Shown piece after piece: positions 17,778-30,600 of a stretch of DNA of 64,000 bases; positions within the stretch are counted from its first letter, which is position 1; the number at the start of each line of letters is the position of its first letter. Under the pieces are notes generated by a model. The model made no database searches, was not told where the DNA came from, and saw only the letters and a list, made by a program, of their open reading frames with translations. Position numbers and translations under genes: made by a program. The DNA lies in the NCBI RefSeq assembly GCF_009914755.1, contig NC_060928.1. The stretch is one strand, 5' to 3'. The stretch is from the human T2T-CHM13v2.0 reference genome, Homo sapiens.

Positions 17778-18144
17778 TGTATTGGTCCATTTTCACGCTG
17801 CTGATAAAGACATAACCAAGACTTGGTAATTTTGAAAACAAAGTGGTTTAATTGGATTTACAGTTCCACATGGCTGGGGAAGCCTCACAATCATGGTGGA
17901 AGGCAAGGAAGAGCAAGTCATGTCTTACATGGATGGCACACACAAAAAGGGAGCTTGTGCAGATAAATTCCTGTTTTTAAAACCATCAGATCTCATGAGA
18001 CTCATTCACTATCATGAGAACAGTGCAGGAAAGACCTGCCCCATATTCAATCACCTCCCACCAGGTTCCTCCCATGACATGTGGGAATTGTGGGAGTTAC
18101 AATTCAAGATGAGATTTGGGTGGGGACACAGCCAAACCATATCA
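17778..18144 (-). mobile_element. THE1 solo LTR
   Basis: TGTATTGGTCCATTTTCACGCTGCTGATAAAGAC...CCAAACCATATCA; perfect TSD aatgc at 17773-17777 and 18145-18149. Confidence 0.92.
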
Positions 18145-19717
18145 AATGCTTTCAGTTTGTAAAGAGAAAGCCAGCATAAAATTCTGAAGATCAGTCTTCT
18201 GAGTTGGTAATTTTTTCATATTTTTAAATTTTTCATATAGATGTGTATTCACCCATATTTAAATTACCAATTTTTATAACTATGTAGCTTATTGAATATT
18301 CTTATTTTTTTTCCAATAGGTTTTAAATGACTATATGGTCTAGTTATATAATCATATCATCTTCAGATAATGAGAACTTGGCCTCTTGCTTTCAAGTATT
18401 TATATATATTTTCCTTGTCTAATTGCATCAAATAATATTTCCAGGATATTTCAAATAAAAAATAGTGATATCAGCACCCTCTTCTTGTTCCTGACATGAA
18501 TAAGAATTCTCCCAAGATTTCACCATTATACAGTATTCTGGCTTTTTGTTTCCAATAGAAATATATCTCAATAGATCCATCTCTCTCTATGAATAGAGTT
18601 TTTGTTTTGTTTTGTTTTAATCTGGATTATATAGTGCTGATCATAGGGTCTGTAGCACCCTTAGGAGGTCTTCTTAGGTTTAAGTAAACTTTCAGGCTCA
18701 TGAGACTATCATGGCTACATTTGGCATCTATTTATACAGAAGGATACAGGACAGCCACCACAGTTTGCCAGTGTAGCATCAATTGTGTCTCTTTGGTGGA
18801 ACACTTTACACAGCAGTACAGCTCAGGTGTAAGATGTGACCCACTTTACACAGGTGGGAAACTGTCTTGGCTTAATAGACTCATGCCCCTCTGGAGCATC
18901 TCTCGTGACAACCCCTTAGGCATAGTGCCCAGAGTCCCTTCAAGGGATATGCCCCATAAGAGTCACTGTACACAGGAGACCCAGTGGTTTGCTAAGAGGT
19001 GTATTTGGCTCTTCCTGTTTAAATGTGGTTTACCAATCAGGGGGCCATTTTAACCAGCAATATAGCAACAGACGTAGCCATGCATAGATAGCTAAATATA
19101 ATTTTTATCAATACATTCTAGATATTCTGTAATTTCAGTTGTTATTTATAATTTTTTATTTTGACTTGAACACTGAATCTAATCTTGTCTCACCTCTAAA
19201 GTACTTTGCTTTTGAAGTCATTTTCTCTTTTCAAGACAGTAGAATCAGACTCTCATCCTCACCATCCCACTAAAACTAGCCTTATCAAGATCATCAGTGA
19301 TCTCCTTGTCAAGTCTGATGATCACTTCTTAGTCCTGATCTTATTTAACCTTTCTATCTTTGGCTTATAAGACAATATACTTGCTTGAGTTTCCTATTAC
19401 ACCCCTATCTCCTCCTTTTCATTTTCCTGGGTTTCTTCCCTACTTAAATTTTGGAACATCCTTAGTTCTTAGTCCTTAGTTCTCTTAATTAGACTTCTTC
19501 TCTCTCCCTCCACTCTCTTCATTCTACATCTACATTCACTGTCTCTCATCCAGTCCCAGGGACTTAAATACTGTTGTGACTAACAATTTACATCTTGAGC
19601 CCTAGGCTCTCCGAGTTGCAGAGTTGTGCAGCATACTGCCTATTTGACTTCTCCACTTGAATGTCTATAAGACATCTTACACTTCACTTGTCTGAAGTAT
19701 AACTTCACATAATAGTC

Positions 19718-21330
19718 TGTGGTGGTGACTATTAGTTGCTCTCTAAATTCTGCTCTTCCTTCTTCCATAGTGATAGAAGGTTGAGTTAATGACTAGGCTA
19801 TATTTTCCAGTCTCCCTTGCAATTGCATGTGACTATCTGATCTAGTTCTTTCCAGTGAAAGGGAACAGCATTAATAGGTGCTATTTCCTGGCTCTAGTCC
19901 TTACAAGAACAATTGTGCCTCCTCCATACTTCCTTTTCCTCCATCTCACTAGCTAGAATGGTAACTATTAGAGTGACTGTGAAGGTGAGAGAGTCACTGT
20001 CAGGCTGGGACCTGAAAGACCTCATGGAACAGAGCTGTCCACCAACCTGATACACTCTCTTCAGACTGTTACATGGTGAAGAAATAATTTCTATCTTTTG
20101 AAAGTCATTATATTTTGGGGCTCTTTGTTGTAGCATTTTAACCTTTCACCTTAACTGACATAGAAATTGGTACCAGAAAAGATGCTTTCTTAATTTAAAA
20201 CCCTGCATTTTCTTAATGGTCAGGCAAATTTGCAATTAAAGATATAGGTAGGGGGGCAGAGCAAAGAGTTTTTTTGCTCTGTTTATGATGGGAAGTCATT
20301 GGAGGGATTATTCAGTTGGACTGTGGTTTTACAAGGCATAACTATAGCTGCTCTGTGTAGGCTAGAAAGCTGGTGATGCTTATGCTATTTCATAAAATTG
20401 TTATCTATAATAACTTGGAAGGCACATCACATATCCAAGTCAAAGGAATATAGTTGTAAAAATGAGAATGTTAGCGTACTTCACTGTTCTTTGTTGATTT
20501 AAGTAAGGTATCATAAGAAAGATGAACTCAGGCAAGAACTGGCTGCTTTGCAAGCAGAAATGGAAGGAAGTGAGAATGTCCAGAAATTAAGGGCCTCTCA
20601 GGGCTGAAGAAGACAGCTGTTTTTGTGACCCAAACATTAATAAAAATGAAGGGATCCAAGCCTTGTGGCAAGGATCAGAGTAAGGTATCGGCCTCCTAAA
20701 CAACACTATTATTTCAGCTAGCCTCAAGGTGGCCCTCCATTAAGATGAGAAAGTAAAGTATGGATACAAGGAAGCAAAGAAATAGAGCAGCCTTCAGAAC
20801 TAGGACTAGAAAAGACTTTGCTGTTATTTCCACAAGCAACTGACTGGAAGCAATTAGATCAGAAGCCTATTACGGTTTTAAGGAAATCTAGTTGCCACAG
20901 AAACCATGAATCTGTTAGCTCCTTAAAGCAATACTCAAGCCTTCAAATTTTTATCAGCAGAAAAGGGGTTGTGAATGATATGCAGCCCCCTAGGAAGGCA
21001 TTTTCTGTAACAGTCACTTCTGATATGGCTATGGAAAATTATGGACAAGGTAGTTCCTCTAAGAGAAGCAGAGTATCCCAAATGTCTAACCAAGGCACTT
21101 TCTGCACTGCCAGAACAGAGAGTCTCCATAATTCTTGCTCAGCTGTGAGTCAAAATTGCTGTGAACAAGAAGCTATGTGTATCTTTATCTTAATAGGAGC
21201 TTTTAAAAGCAGTCATCCTATGCCTGTGCCACTACTGTGTATGGGGTGTGGGAAGAGAGGGAGCAATATCTTGTTTAATGGTTTGTATGACACCAACTAT
21301 GAGAAGTCATTTCAGAGCTTGATAGAGAAA
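19718..21330 (+). mobile_element. MLT1-type LTR followed by MaLR internal sequence
   Basis: LTR-like 19718 to about 20162, then gaaattggtaccag, the typical start of MLT-int; right boundary uncertain. Confidence 0.6.
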
Positions 21331-21374
21331 ACACACCGCTCTACTGTCTGCGTGGACATGGGCTGCATCCCACA

Positions 21375-21665
21375 CCCTCACGTGGCTCTCTCCCTCACTT
21401 CATTCAGTCTCTGCTCAAATGTTACTTCCCCAAAGGTGACCAAAGCACTCCATCTACAATCACACCTCCATCATTTTCTACAACCGTAACCTCCCTTTAT
21501 CCTCTCCTTACTCCTTTTTTCTCTACATAGTCCTTCTGTATTGCTCCCCCACTGGAATGTAAACCCTTTCAGGGCAGGACTTTGTCTTGTCCTTAGCTGA
21601 AATCCTAGCACCTAGCTAGAAATGGCCAATACATTATAGGTCCTTAATAAATATTTACTGAAAAG
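21375..21665 (+). mobile_element. L2 3' fragment
   Basis: ctcacttcattcagtctctgctcaaatgttac...agggcaggactttgtc...aataaatatttactgaa. Confidence 0.7.
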
Positions 21666-23119
21666 AAAAAAGACTATGAGCTTCTAAATTTGAAAGGTCT
21701 GAAGTTGTGTTTGTTTGATTCTGTTTTGCTATTTATCTGTATCACATTATGAATGGTCACAGAAAATTATTTGTGCACGAGAAAATTGAGATTACTACCT
21801 GCAAGGTGTCATTACCTGGTAAGAAGCCTATCAAAAGTTTGTCCTCCTGAAAAAGTAGTTATTGCTAAAAGCTAGCTGTTTTGATCTCATTCTTGCTCAT
21901 TTGTTTTTAAGACTGAGATAATGAAATGTCACTCCCATGGCAACTCTGCCTCTTTTTCGGAATGATCATTGGTGGTCATAGTTGCAGCATAATAACCAGT
22001 TAGACCTTGGAAATCCTTTAGATTCTCCTTATTCCATGATTTAACAAAGACTGATATAATTAGCTACATTTTACTGAAGGGAGAAGCTAAAGTTCACCAG
22101 GCAGAATTCAATTTAATCCAATCCATCTGTTTAATCTTTGCTGAACTTAAGCTTTGTGCCAGGCATTGTGCTGGGGATAAGGGATATAGTGACAAGACAG
22201 ACACTGCCCTGGCCCTTCTATTGGTTAGACTAATGTCTCACGGGACCCAGAGTGGTAGGGAGGCAATGACAACACAATACATTAAGAGCTACCTTAGAGC
22301 ATGCTAAGTGTAATAGAAGTATATAAAACACTAGTCTCAGCCAATCAAAAAGTCAGAAAAGGCTTCCTGGGGGACTGTCGGCTAAATTTAAACTCAAAGG
22401 GTAAGGGGAGATTGTCCAAATGAAGAAGGAAGAGGAATGAAGAGGAGGCTAAATTTAAATGAAGAAGGAGTGTTTTCTAGGCCAAAGCAAATATATGGAA
22501 AACAAAAGAAAGACGCATGTAGATGGGGCATTACACTTTTCCCTCCAGTTATTTATCCTGTTTTCATCCACCACTCTTCGTCTTTTCCTTAGATCTCCAG
22601 TTTTTTAGCCGTATATTACCCCCTTTCTCTCTAATCATCCATTGCACACAGTGAGGTTTATTTGTAAATCTAACCCAGGCACCAACTAACCAACCAACAA
22701 ACAAAAACAGCTAAGGAGTAGCCACTGGAACCTGGAACCATGCCTACACTTACAAAAATTTGATTTTCTGCAGAAAAAATATTTTGACTCCTACATTTTT
22801 GGACTTCATTAGAAGGACCTGAAATGGATGACACCAAGCTGTTTGCCTAAAATAATGTCCCAAGCCTGAATTGGCATGGATCTTTCTTGAGATTAAAATA
22901 GAAACTTGTTTTGCTAACTGAAAACAACTTAGAAATCAAAGAGCCATTTAAGTTGAAACCATTATTTTTCCTTTCCTTGAAGAAAATTCCTGTTTTTACA
23001 CACACTGAATGATCAGGATAGTGAGATCACCCTACCACAGAACTTTCCATTAAAAATTTGAAGTTGTAGAAACCTCAAAAAGAAAATGAAGATGGGGGAA
23101 AACGTTTGTAATGTAGCAA

Positions 23120-23710
23120 ATGAATTGAATAAACATTTATGAGCACCTACTATGTGCCAGGCAGTGTTCTAGGTGATAAAGATACCTGCCTTTGTACAGC
23201 TTGCATTCTAGCGGAAAGAAAACATACAAACAAAAAATATGCAAGTTATATAGTAATATAAAAGATGAGTGGTATGGAGAAAAGACAAAGTAGGACAGGC
23301 CAAGGATCATCAGAAGGAGGGCAAGTTAGAGGTTTAAATAGGATGGTCATGACTGGCCTCTTCAAAGAGGTGTGACATTTGAGCAAAGACTGAAGGAAGT
23401 GAGGGCGTGTGCCATGTAGATATTTGCAGAGGGCAAGTTGCAGTTTTAAATAGGATGATCATGATTGGCCTCCTGGAAGAGGTGACATTTGAGCAAAGAC
23501 TGAAGGAAGTGAGGGTGTGAGCCATGTAGATATTTGGGTCCAGATAGAGAAAACAGCCAGTTACTGGCCCCAAGGCAGGGGCATGCCTGGAACATGCAAG
23601 AAAGGCAAGGAGGCCATGGACTGGAGGAAGAGAAATGAGGACATTGAGAGGTACGGGAGATGACAGATGATCACTGCACAAGGCTGTCATTCGAGGTAAG
23701 GTTGGGAAGA
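23120..23710 (-). mobile_element. L2 fragment containing an internal tandem duplication
   Basis: aaacatttatgagcacctactatgtgccagg; gaggtgacatttgagcaaagactgaagg. Confidence 0.75.
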
Positions 23711-24159
23711 GGGGTGACTTGATTGGGCTCATGTACATCTTAGGATAATCATGTTTTCATTTGAACATAGTCATTTAGTACAATACTTTTTACTCTGCAA
23801 CAACTGAACAATGATTACTTAAAATGGTTTCTAAGTGATCCCCTCAAGATCAGGCACCACAACACTACTAGGCAGTAGCAGCCCTTCCTCTCTGGCAGGC
23901 ACTCATCCCTAGAGGGGCAGTCCTGTCCTAATGTGCTCGGGAGTTGAGCTGATAGAGACAGAAACAGTCTGCTCATTTCTTCTTCAAAACCCGACTGGAG
24001 AGCCAAATATTTCTTTTGGTTAGTTACAAAATAAAAAATATGCCTTTGCCAACTCTGCGGGAAAAGCAAACTCCCAGAGTTTGCCTTCGCTAATTTGTCC
24101 AAGTCGTGCTGTGGTTTTAGTAAATGCAGACACTGCTCAGCTCCAGCCCCATAAACCTC

Positions 24160-25870
24160 TCTGCTCTAGGGCTTCTCCGCCCTCCGGTGAAAGCTACTGC
24201 TCGCCCCTGCAGTCACCACCTGTTCGGGCGGAACCTGCGGAGCGTGCACCTACGCCTCGGGCTCCTTTCCTCCTCCACTCCCCTTTCCTGCTGGGCACCC
24301 TGCTTTCCCTCTCCCAGAGAGGGTTTGCAACTTTTCTCCCAGGCTGGGGCTCGCCCTGCTTGGCTAACCCCCAAGAGCCACTGCCGTCCCGCAGCGCCCC
24401 TGCCCCCGAGTTGCCTGCCCCGCTGGGCCCCCGGGAGGAGCGGAGCGCGCTCACCCTTCGCCCGGGGCTGGGAGGGCGGCGAGTCGGGCGCACGCGCACC
24501 CCCTGCCCGCCCCTGGCGCCCCTCCCCGCGGGCGGTGCAGCTACCCCTGCAGCGCCTCCCCTAGCTAGAAGGGAGCGGGAGGGGGCTCCGGGCGCCGCGC
24601 AGCAGACCTGCTCCGGCCGCGCGCCTCGCCGCTGTCCTCCGGGAGCGGCAGCAGTAGCCCGGGCGGCGAGGGCTGGGGGTTCCTCGAGACTCTCAGAGGG
24701 GCGCCTCCCATCGGCGCCCACCACCCCAACCTGTTCCTCGCGCGCCACTGCGCTGCGCCCCAGGACCCGCTGCCCAACATGGATTTTCTCCTGGCGCTGG
24801 TGCTGGTATCCTCGCTCTACCTGCAGGCGGCCGCCGAGTTCGACGGGAGGTGAGCTGGGCCCCGGGGCGCCCTCTCCTCCTTCCCGCGCTAATTTCACAC
24901 TCACTGTCTTGGGTCACTTTTCCCCGCGGGGTTTCGTGGTCAGAGAGGCGTCTCCTCCATCCAGAAGTTGGGCCACCGCACAGCGTGGCGCGAGGAGAGC
25001 GGTCCAGCGGCTCCGAGTGCCCGCCCGAGGCGGAGAGGGCGCGCCCTTGCGAGTCTGGGACCCCATCCGCGGCCCCCCGAGGGCGACTCGCCCCGGCTCG
25101 GGAATTAGGACTGAGGGAGAGGAGCCGCTGGAGCCTGGGATCTCGGCTCTGAGGGCGCGGTTTAGCCACCTACGCCGAGGTGACGCGCGGAACATCCCTT
25201 ACCCGGGAAACTCCCGCGCCTGAACTAGACGGCTCTTCACTGGGGAAGCTTCCAGGCCCCCGGGGGGAGGCCCGGGCTCTGCTCAGGGCTCTCGGGGCCG
25301 CTCACACAGAGAGTGGGTGCGAGTCAGCGACTGGGCTACGGGGGAGATTTGTGGGCCTCTCCATTTGGTTTTCTTGAGGGAAGGAGACTCAAAATGAGGA
25401 CCGGAGGGTGGGCGCTCCGTGAATGTGAGCATGAGTGTGTGGATGTGTGTGTGAGAGCGCACACACTGCGCCGCTCCTCAGACTCGGGCGAGCCTGACGG
25501 CGGCGTGCTGTGACAGGTTCCAACAACCTCGGGCCGCGTCTCCGCTGTCACTCAGCCGGTCCTCCCGCGCTCCGGGGCCGCTCCGGTGTGTGAGAGACAC
25601 TGGGTCTGTCGGGAGGGTGTGCTCGGTCCCCCTCACCTCTGTGCAATTACAGACTAGGCTCGTCCCGGGTGCAGATGGCTGCTGCGAAAAGAGGTTTTAC
25701 TCTGGCGCACACCGTCGCCCGGTCGCCTTCCTTCAGCGACCTCTGCCCCCACCCCTCCGTGTAGGTCCCTGCCTAGTCCTAAAGAAAGATGCCGCACCTG
25801 TTTTACCTTTAATCTTGGAACGAATCAATTCCACAATTGATTCGCTTTCTTGTACCCGGAGGCGAACGGA
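24160..25870. promoter_or_regulatory. NPNT: CpG island promoter of NPNT, extending into intron 1
   Basis: Abrupt rise in GC and CpG density against AT-rich flanks; GC boxes (GGGCGG at about 24474 and 24530); no clear TATA box. Confidence 0.92.
24779..24849 (+). CDS. NPNT: Nephronectin coding exon 1 (signal peptide MDFLLALVLVSSLYLQAAAEFDG + 2 nt of Arg codon)
   Basis: ccaacATGG Kozak context at 24779; hydrophobic signal peptide; donor AG|GTGAGC at 24849/24850; lies in a CpG island; peptide recognised as the nephronectin N-terminus. Confidence 0.97.
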
Positions 25871-27026
25871 GGGGAACCAGTGGAGCGCCAAGAAAAAGCA
25901 CAGCTGCTTGTTCACTACCTGGTCGGAGGAAATAGAAAGTTCGGGGTTATTTTGTACTTTGGGCCTGGGGGTAGAAAGGCAGGTAAAAGAAAAGGGGAAT
26001 TGAAAAAGATAAGGAGACTTTAAGAAAACGTGATAGCAGCCAGAGTGTAGACCTTTTTATTTTATTTTTAAAAGCAATTCTGTGCTCACATTTGGGTATG
26101 TTATGCATTTCTTGCACACATATTTGCAACAAGAAACCCATCACAAGATATGCATATGATGTGAATGCATATAGCTTTTTGTAACTTTAAAAAGATGTCT
26201 AAAACAGCAAATTAAAATGTTGATACCCAGAGGAAAAAAGTCATTTAGGTGTGACTCTAAACAAGGAAACAATTTAGCAAATAATGTGTCAACGTGTAAT
26301 CAGGTGGATAAATCTGTATCCTGAAATTACTTTCTTTAGGCATTATTTACATTAGAGAGGAAAATACTATGAATTGTTGATCTAAGCACGTTTCAAACCA
26401 CAAGGATACTTGAGATATCAGCTACACTTTAAACTCTCCTTGGTTTTATTTAGACTTTTTTCTAGTACTTTTTTGTTTTTTTTGTTTCTGCCACAGTTAT
26501 GTCTCAAAAAGAGCTCTGTTACACTTGATTTTTGAGAAACCTTTCTGCTCCTTCCCCCATCCACCTTTTATATGAGGCAGAAATTTTTTCTGCTTTGACA
26601 TGTCTTACTTAATACTTTTCAGTTTATGGTGAATCAGTCAAACCTGGCTTTCACCCCAGTAACAGGTGTGGGTCTTTGAGGAATCTGTTTTATTTCAAGC
26701 TTCAGAAACTATCCTGTGAGTGGCAGCCTTGAGAATTGTTGGTGTTAGCTGGTGCTATTTCTACTTAAGAAAGCATCTTTCCCTCCCGTTTTTTCTCCTA
26801 CCCTTGTGTGTTGGGGGATGGGGTATTTAACTGTCTGAAATTTGACATTAGATCATAGCAGAACTATTTCTGTGAAGGTGTTTTAACCTTAAATTTCTGC
26901 AGGCATAAAAGAGTTTGTAGAAAATTGTTGGGTGTGGTTGACATTTTTTCTGAAGTAATAATACAGAGGAAATTACCTTTCTTCTCAAAAGTGTCCTTAT
27001 TTATTTTGAATCTTTTTTTTTGGTAG

Positions 27027-27127
27027 GTGGCCCAGGCAAATAGTGTCATCGATTGGCCTATGTCGTTATGGTGGGAGGATTGACTGCTGCTGGGGCTGGG
27101 CTCGCCAGTCTTGGGGACAGTGTCAGC
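27027..27127 (+). CDS. NPNT: Nephronectin coding exon 2 ((R)WPRQIVSSIGLCRYGGRIDCCWGWARQSWGQCQ)
   Basis: Acceptor ttttttttttggtag|G, donor CAGC|GTGAGT; 101 nt; phase 2 to phase 1, continuing the exon 1 frame; CCWGW Cys-rich motif of NPNT/EGFL6. Confidence 0.97.
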
Positions 27128-27416
27128 GTGAGTATCAAGCCTGGGGACTTCAGTTCCCTGGGAGGTGTGGCTTTCCACCTTGTTCATGGCTTCACCCCAC
27201 ATATCAGAGGGTTCATTACTGAGCAAGGCTTGGCCTTGCAGGTCTGACTTGGGGATTTTCAGGTACAGTCCAGACTCCTTATTCTGCTTCTTTTCAGCTT
27301 TAGCCACCTGTATTACGGCCCAGCTTTGTCATTCACAGAGAGCCACCTTAAATGTTTCTTTTAGCATTTTTCCCCCCAAATCTGCATCTCCTTCCTGTTT
27401 TCTTACCAGGTTTATT

Positions 27417-27519
<103 letters not shown>

Positions 27520-27542
27520 CTCGCTTGCTCCAGGCTGGGAGA

Positions 27543-27614
27543 TGGGGATAAGATAATGAGTCTAGACCGTATTTACACTGGGGATAAGATAATGAGTCTA
27601 GACCGTATTTACAC
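27543..27614. repeat. Perfect 36-bp tandem duplication
   Basis: tggggataagataatgagtctagaccgtatttacac x2. Confidence 0.97.
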
Positions 27615-30600
27615 AAAATAAACTCTGAACCTTAGAGTACTTATATAATCCTCACCATAGCTGTTGTGTAAAGTGGCCCATTTGTAAATCCTTTTTTGGA
27701 CTGGGGTTGTATTGACAGTGTTTTAAATGGACCACCCAGTATAATGAAACAAAGCCACTGAAACAATATTATTTGTAAGTTCTATAAGTAACCAACCTCA
27801 TGTAATAAGTACCAAATCAGAAAGCTGATTTTCACCTTTTCTGTGACCACAAATGGATATTTTAACGGTAAAATTTAGAGCTACATCAAAAGAGTTTGAG
27901 AAATTTAGGAAATTTGTCCCCAGCATTTTATCGCGATCTTAAAATTGTATCTCACTCCTACTGCAAAAAAATAGTCTTCAAATGATCAAGTACCTTTCCA
28001 GAGCACCCTTAGAGTGCTTGGGGCGGGGGTAGGGGGCACTTCTGGTAAGATGATGGGAACTAAGTTGGGTTCTACATTGGGATATATATTTTATTGCTAA
28101 TGAGGAGGAGGCTTAGAGGAAGAGAGAAGGGCAGTTACGAAGGCTAGAGCTGGCAATGGAGAAGCCTGCCTTAGAGATGGGTTGCTAGTGTGAGGAGTCA
28201 GGCAAATTTAAGTTCAGGAAAGTTAGGAGTTCCCTCTGCTATTTTAATTTTTGAGGATGCTTGCAATGTCTTCCTTAATTTTGTGAAAGAGGGACAGTGA
28301 CAGTCACAGATTGACTCTAATTGCACATAAAGACCACAATCTCTGGTTGGGAATAGAAAGGTAAAGGAAATGAATGTTTGCCTACCTGGTATGGAATTTG
28401 AGAACCAACAGATTCTAATAACCAAAATGTGAAGAAAGGACCCTTCTGTTGGCCCAACACACCTACACATAACCCTCCTGAGTGAAAAATGAGTAGTTCT
28501 ATACCTGCAGTCTCCAGCTGTGCAAATACTTCTGATACTACAGAAGACTAAATTCCACCAGGCACCATTCTTCTTTTTTGATCATCTTCCCTTAAAACAA
28601 TATTGAATAGACTAACCAGTGAGTGTACAGCAGCTTTGCCTACTTCTTTTGTTTACTGGAAACTGGAGTTACCACCATCTCCCTTTAACAGAATGTAATT
28701 GACCCCCCGTGCAAAGGGTCTAGCCAAGCAGCTCGCACATAGCAGTTAGGCAAACATTCGTTTGCTTCACCTTTTATGTTTATACTTCCAAAATCAAAGT
28801 AGTTCCAAGGTTTTCTATGTTACAGTGAAATAAAATCCCTTTCAATTAAAAAGGCACAAATGGTTCTTTACTATTAACATTGAAGTTGGTGAGGTTGTAA
28901 AAATTAGCTCAAAGGTGAATGTTTCCTTCTGTGTATTTTATTTTTCCAGCATCTTAGATGGCGCAAATGTCTCTTGTCAGTTCAGAGTTCTGCCTGTCTT
29001 TGTTTTGATATAAGCAGGTAGAGGAATGTGGGGCTGAGAAGTAAGCTTGAAGGGGCAGAACAAACCAAAAAGAGGCTGATCAGATTGAATGAAATATCTC
29101 TGAAAACTCTTGATTATTTTAAAGAAAGTCTTTATGAAATTAAAAGTTTTGTCACTACGTTTGTTCAAGAAAATGCCTTGCTATTGTATAACAATTCAAT
29201 CTAATATGATTCCTTATAAAGATTCCAAAGAACTTCTAGCGAATTTAATGTGAGAAATGTTTTTGCCTTTTCGACCTTTAGATAATCATGTAGTTCTTTC
29301 CCATAAGGAAGGGCTATTCTCCCTTCCTCATCAGAGGTGCTCTGGTTCTCTTCTTTTCTGAATGATTCACTTTGGAATTTTCCTTCAAAACAGCATAGCA
29401 AAACAAAAAGAAACTATTCCCATTACTGCATAGATCTTCCCAACTTATCCCATAGAAGGTGTGTTTGTAGGTAGGGAAAGGTGGTGGTACCCTCATTATA
29501 TTATTTAACAGACCTTATGCCTTAGTGCAGTGACCCTTTGGTGAGTGTTTATTCCGTTTGGTTGAGCATTTGTGAGATGTTTGACTTAATATTCATGTGA
29601 GTCAAATGTACGTATCTGTACAAAACATGCTGCCCTTCATTTTCACTTGCTATCTTCCTATCCATGGTCTTGTTTGGAGAAACCGACTAATGTTGCAGGA
29701 TGCTAAAGCTGGTAGACCTCTCCTTCTGGCTCACTATGTCTAAGCAGAGCCAGATATAGCTGGGAAACTTTATATCCTTCCCTCTAGGACTCAGGAAGGA
29801 AGGATCAGAGATGCTACTCAAATGGGCATAGAACCTGTCCTGCTGCTTCCTGCCTGTACCACCCAACATTCTATCCCAACATTCCTGCCTGCTAGGGAAA
29901 GCATGACCCGTTCCAGAAATAGGCAGGTTGTGTTTTCATAGTTCTTTTGTAGGTCATACCCTTGGTTGTTTTTTTTTTTTTTTTTTTGATTCTTTGTTTT
30001 GTGTTCTTGACTCTTAAACAGATCTCTAGCATATTGAAAATTCAACATTTGATTTTCTAACTGTCATGGGCTTTACTTTTATTGACTATTGATGTGGCTG
30101 TTTATTGTCAGGTGAAAATTTTTTAATATGTTCACACACTGATGATTGCATATTTGCAGCACACAGCATCTTAAACCACTCAGAGGTTTGTCACAAAATG
30201 TGTGTTTCTTGCTCTGTAATTTTTTTGTCATTTTGATGGCATATTTTAATTATGCTTTTATTTCTCTCCTTCTACCAAGTGGAGACCTCTGTAACAAAGA
30301 TTTTTCAGGGTTGCATATTTCATCTTTAAAAGCTGTGTACACTGTGGAAACAATTGTTAACCAAAAGCACTAGATAATTTAGGATAACTGAGTTCAAGTT
30401 CTGACTTTTGTACCTGAATAGGTGTCTAACATTTCTCAGCTACAGTTTTCTTATTACACAAGCATATTTCCAAGGTATGTTGAAGCTCTAAACTGCAACT
30501 GAAAACTTCCTTAATGTAGAAAAACTATATAGGATCTAAATATTGTATTTTTGTATGGTTGTCCTTCTGTTTACTCGGAGATTTGACTGTATATGTGGCT

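Noticed and set aside
18640-19080. GC-richer block with a 117-aa ORF
   Set aside because: Probably an old LTR fragment; I cannot assign a family or any protein similarity
20818-21489. 223-aa ORF
   Set aside because: Non-ATG start; lies in MaLR internal and L2 sequence; no recognisable domain
24081-25223. 380-aa ORF and overlapping 146-236-aa ORFs on both strands
   Set aside because: Stop-poor CpG island; Pro/Arg/Ala/Gly low-complexity translations; out of frame with NPNT and running through its splice donor
27543-27614. CRISPR-like 36-bp repeat
   Set aside because: Only two abutting copies, no spacers, no cas genes, human context
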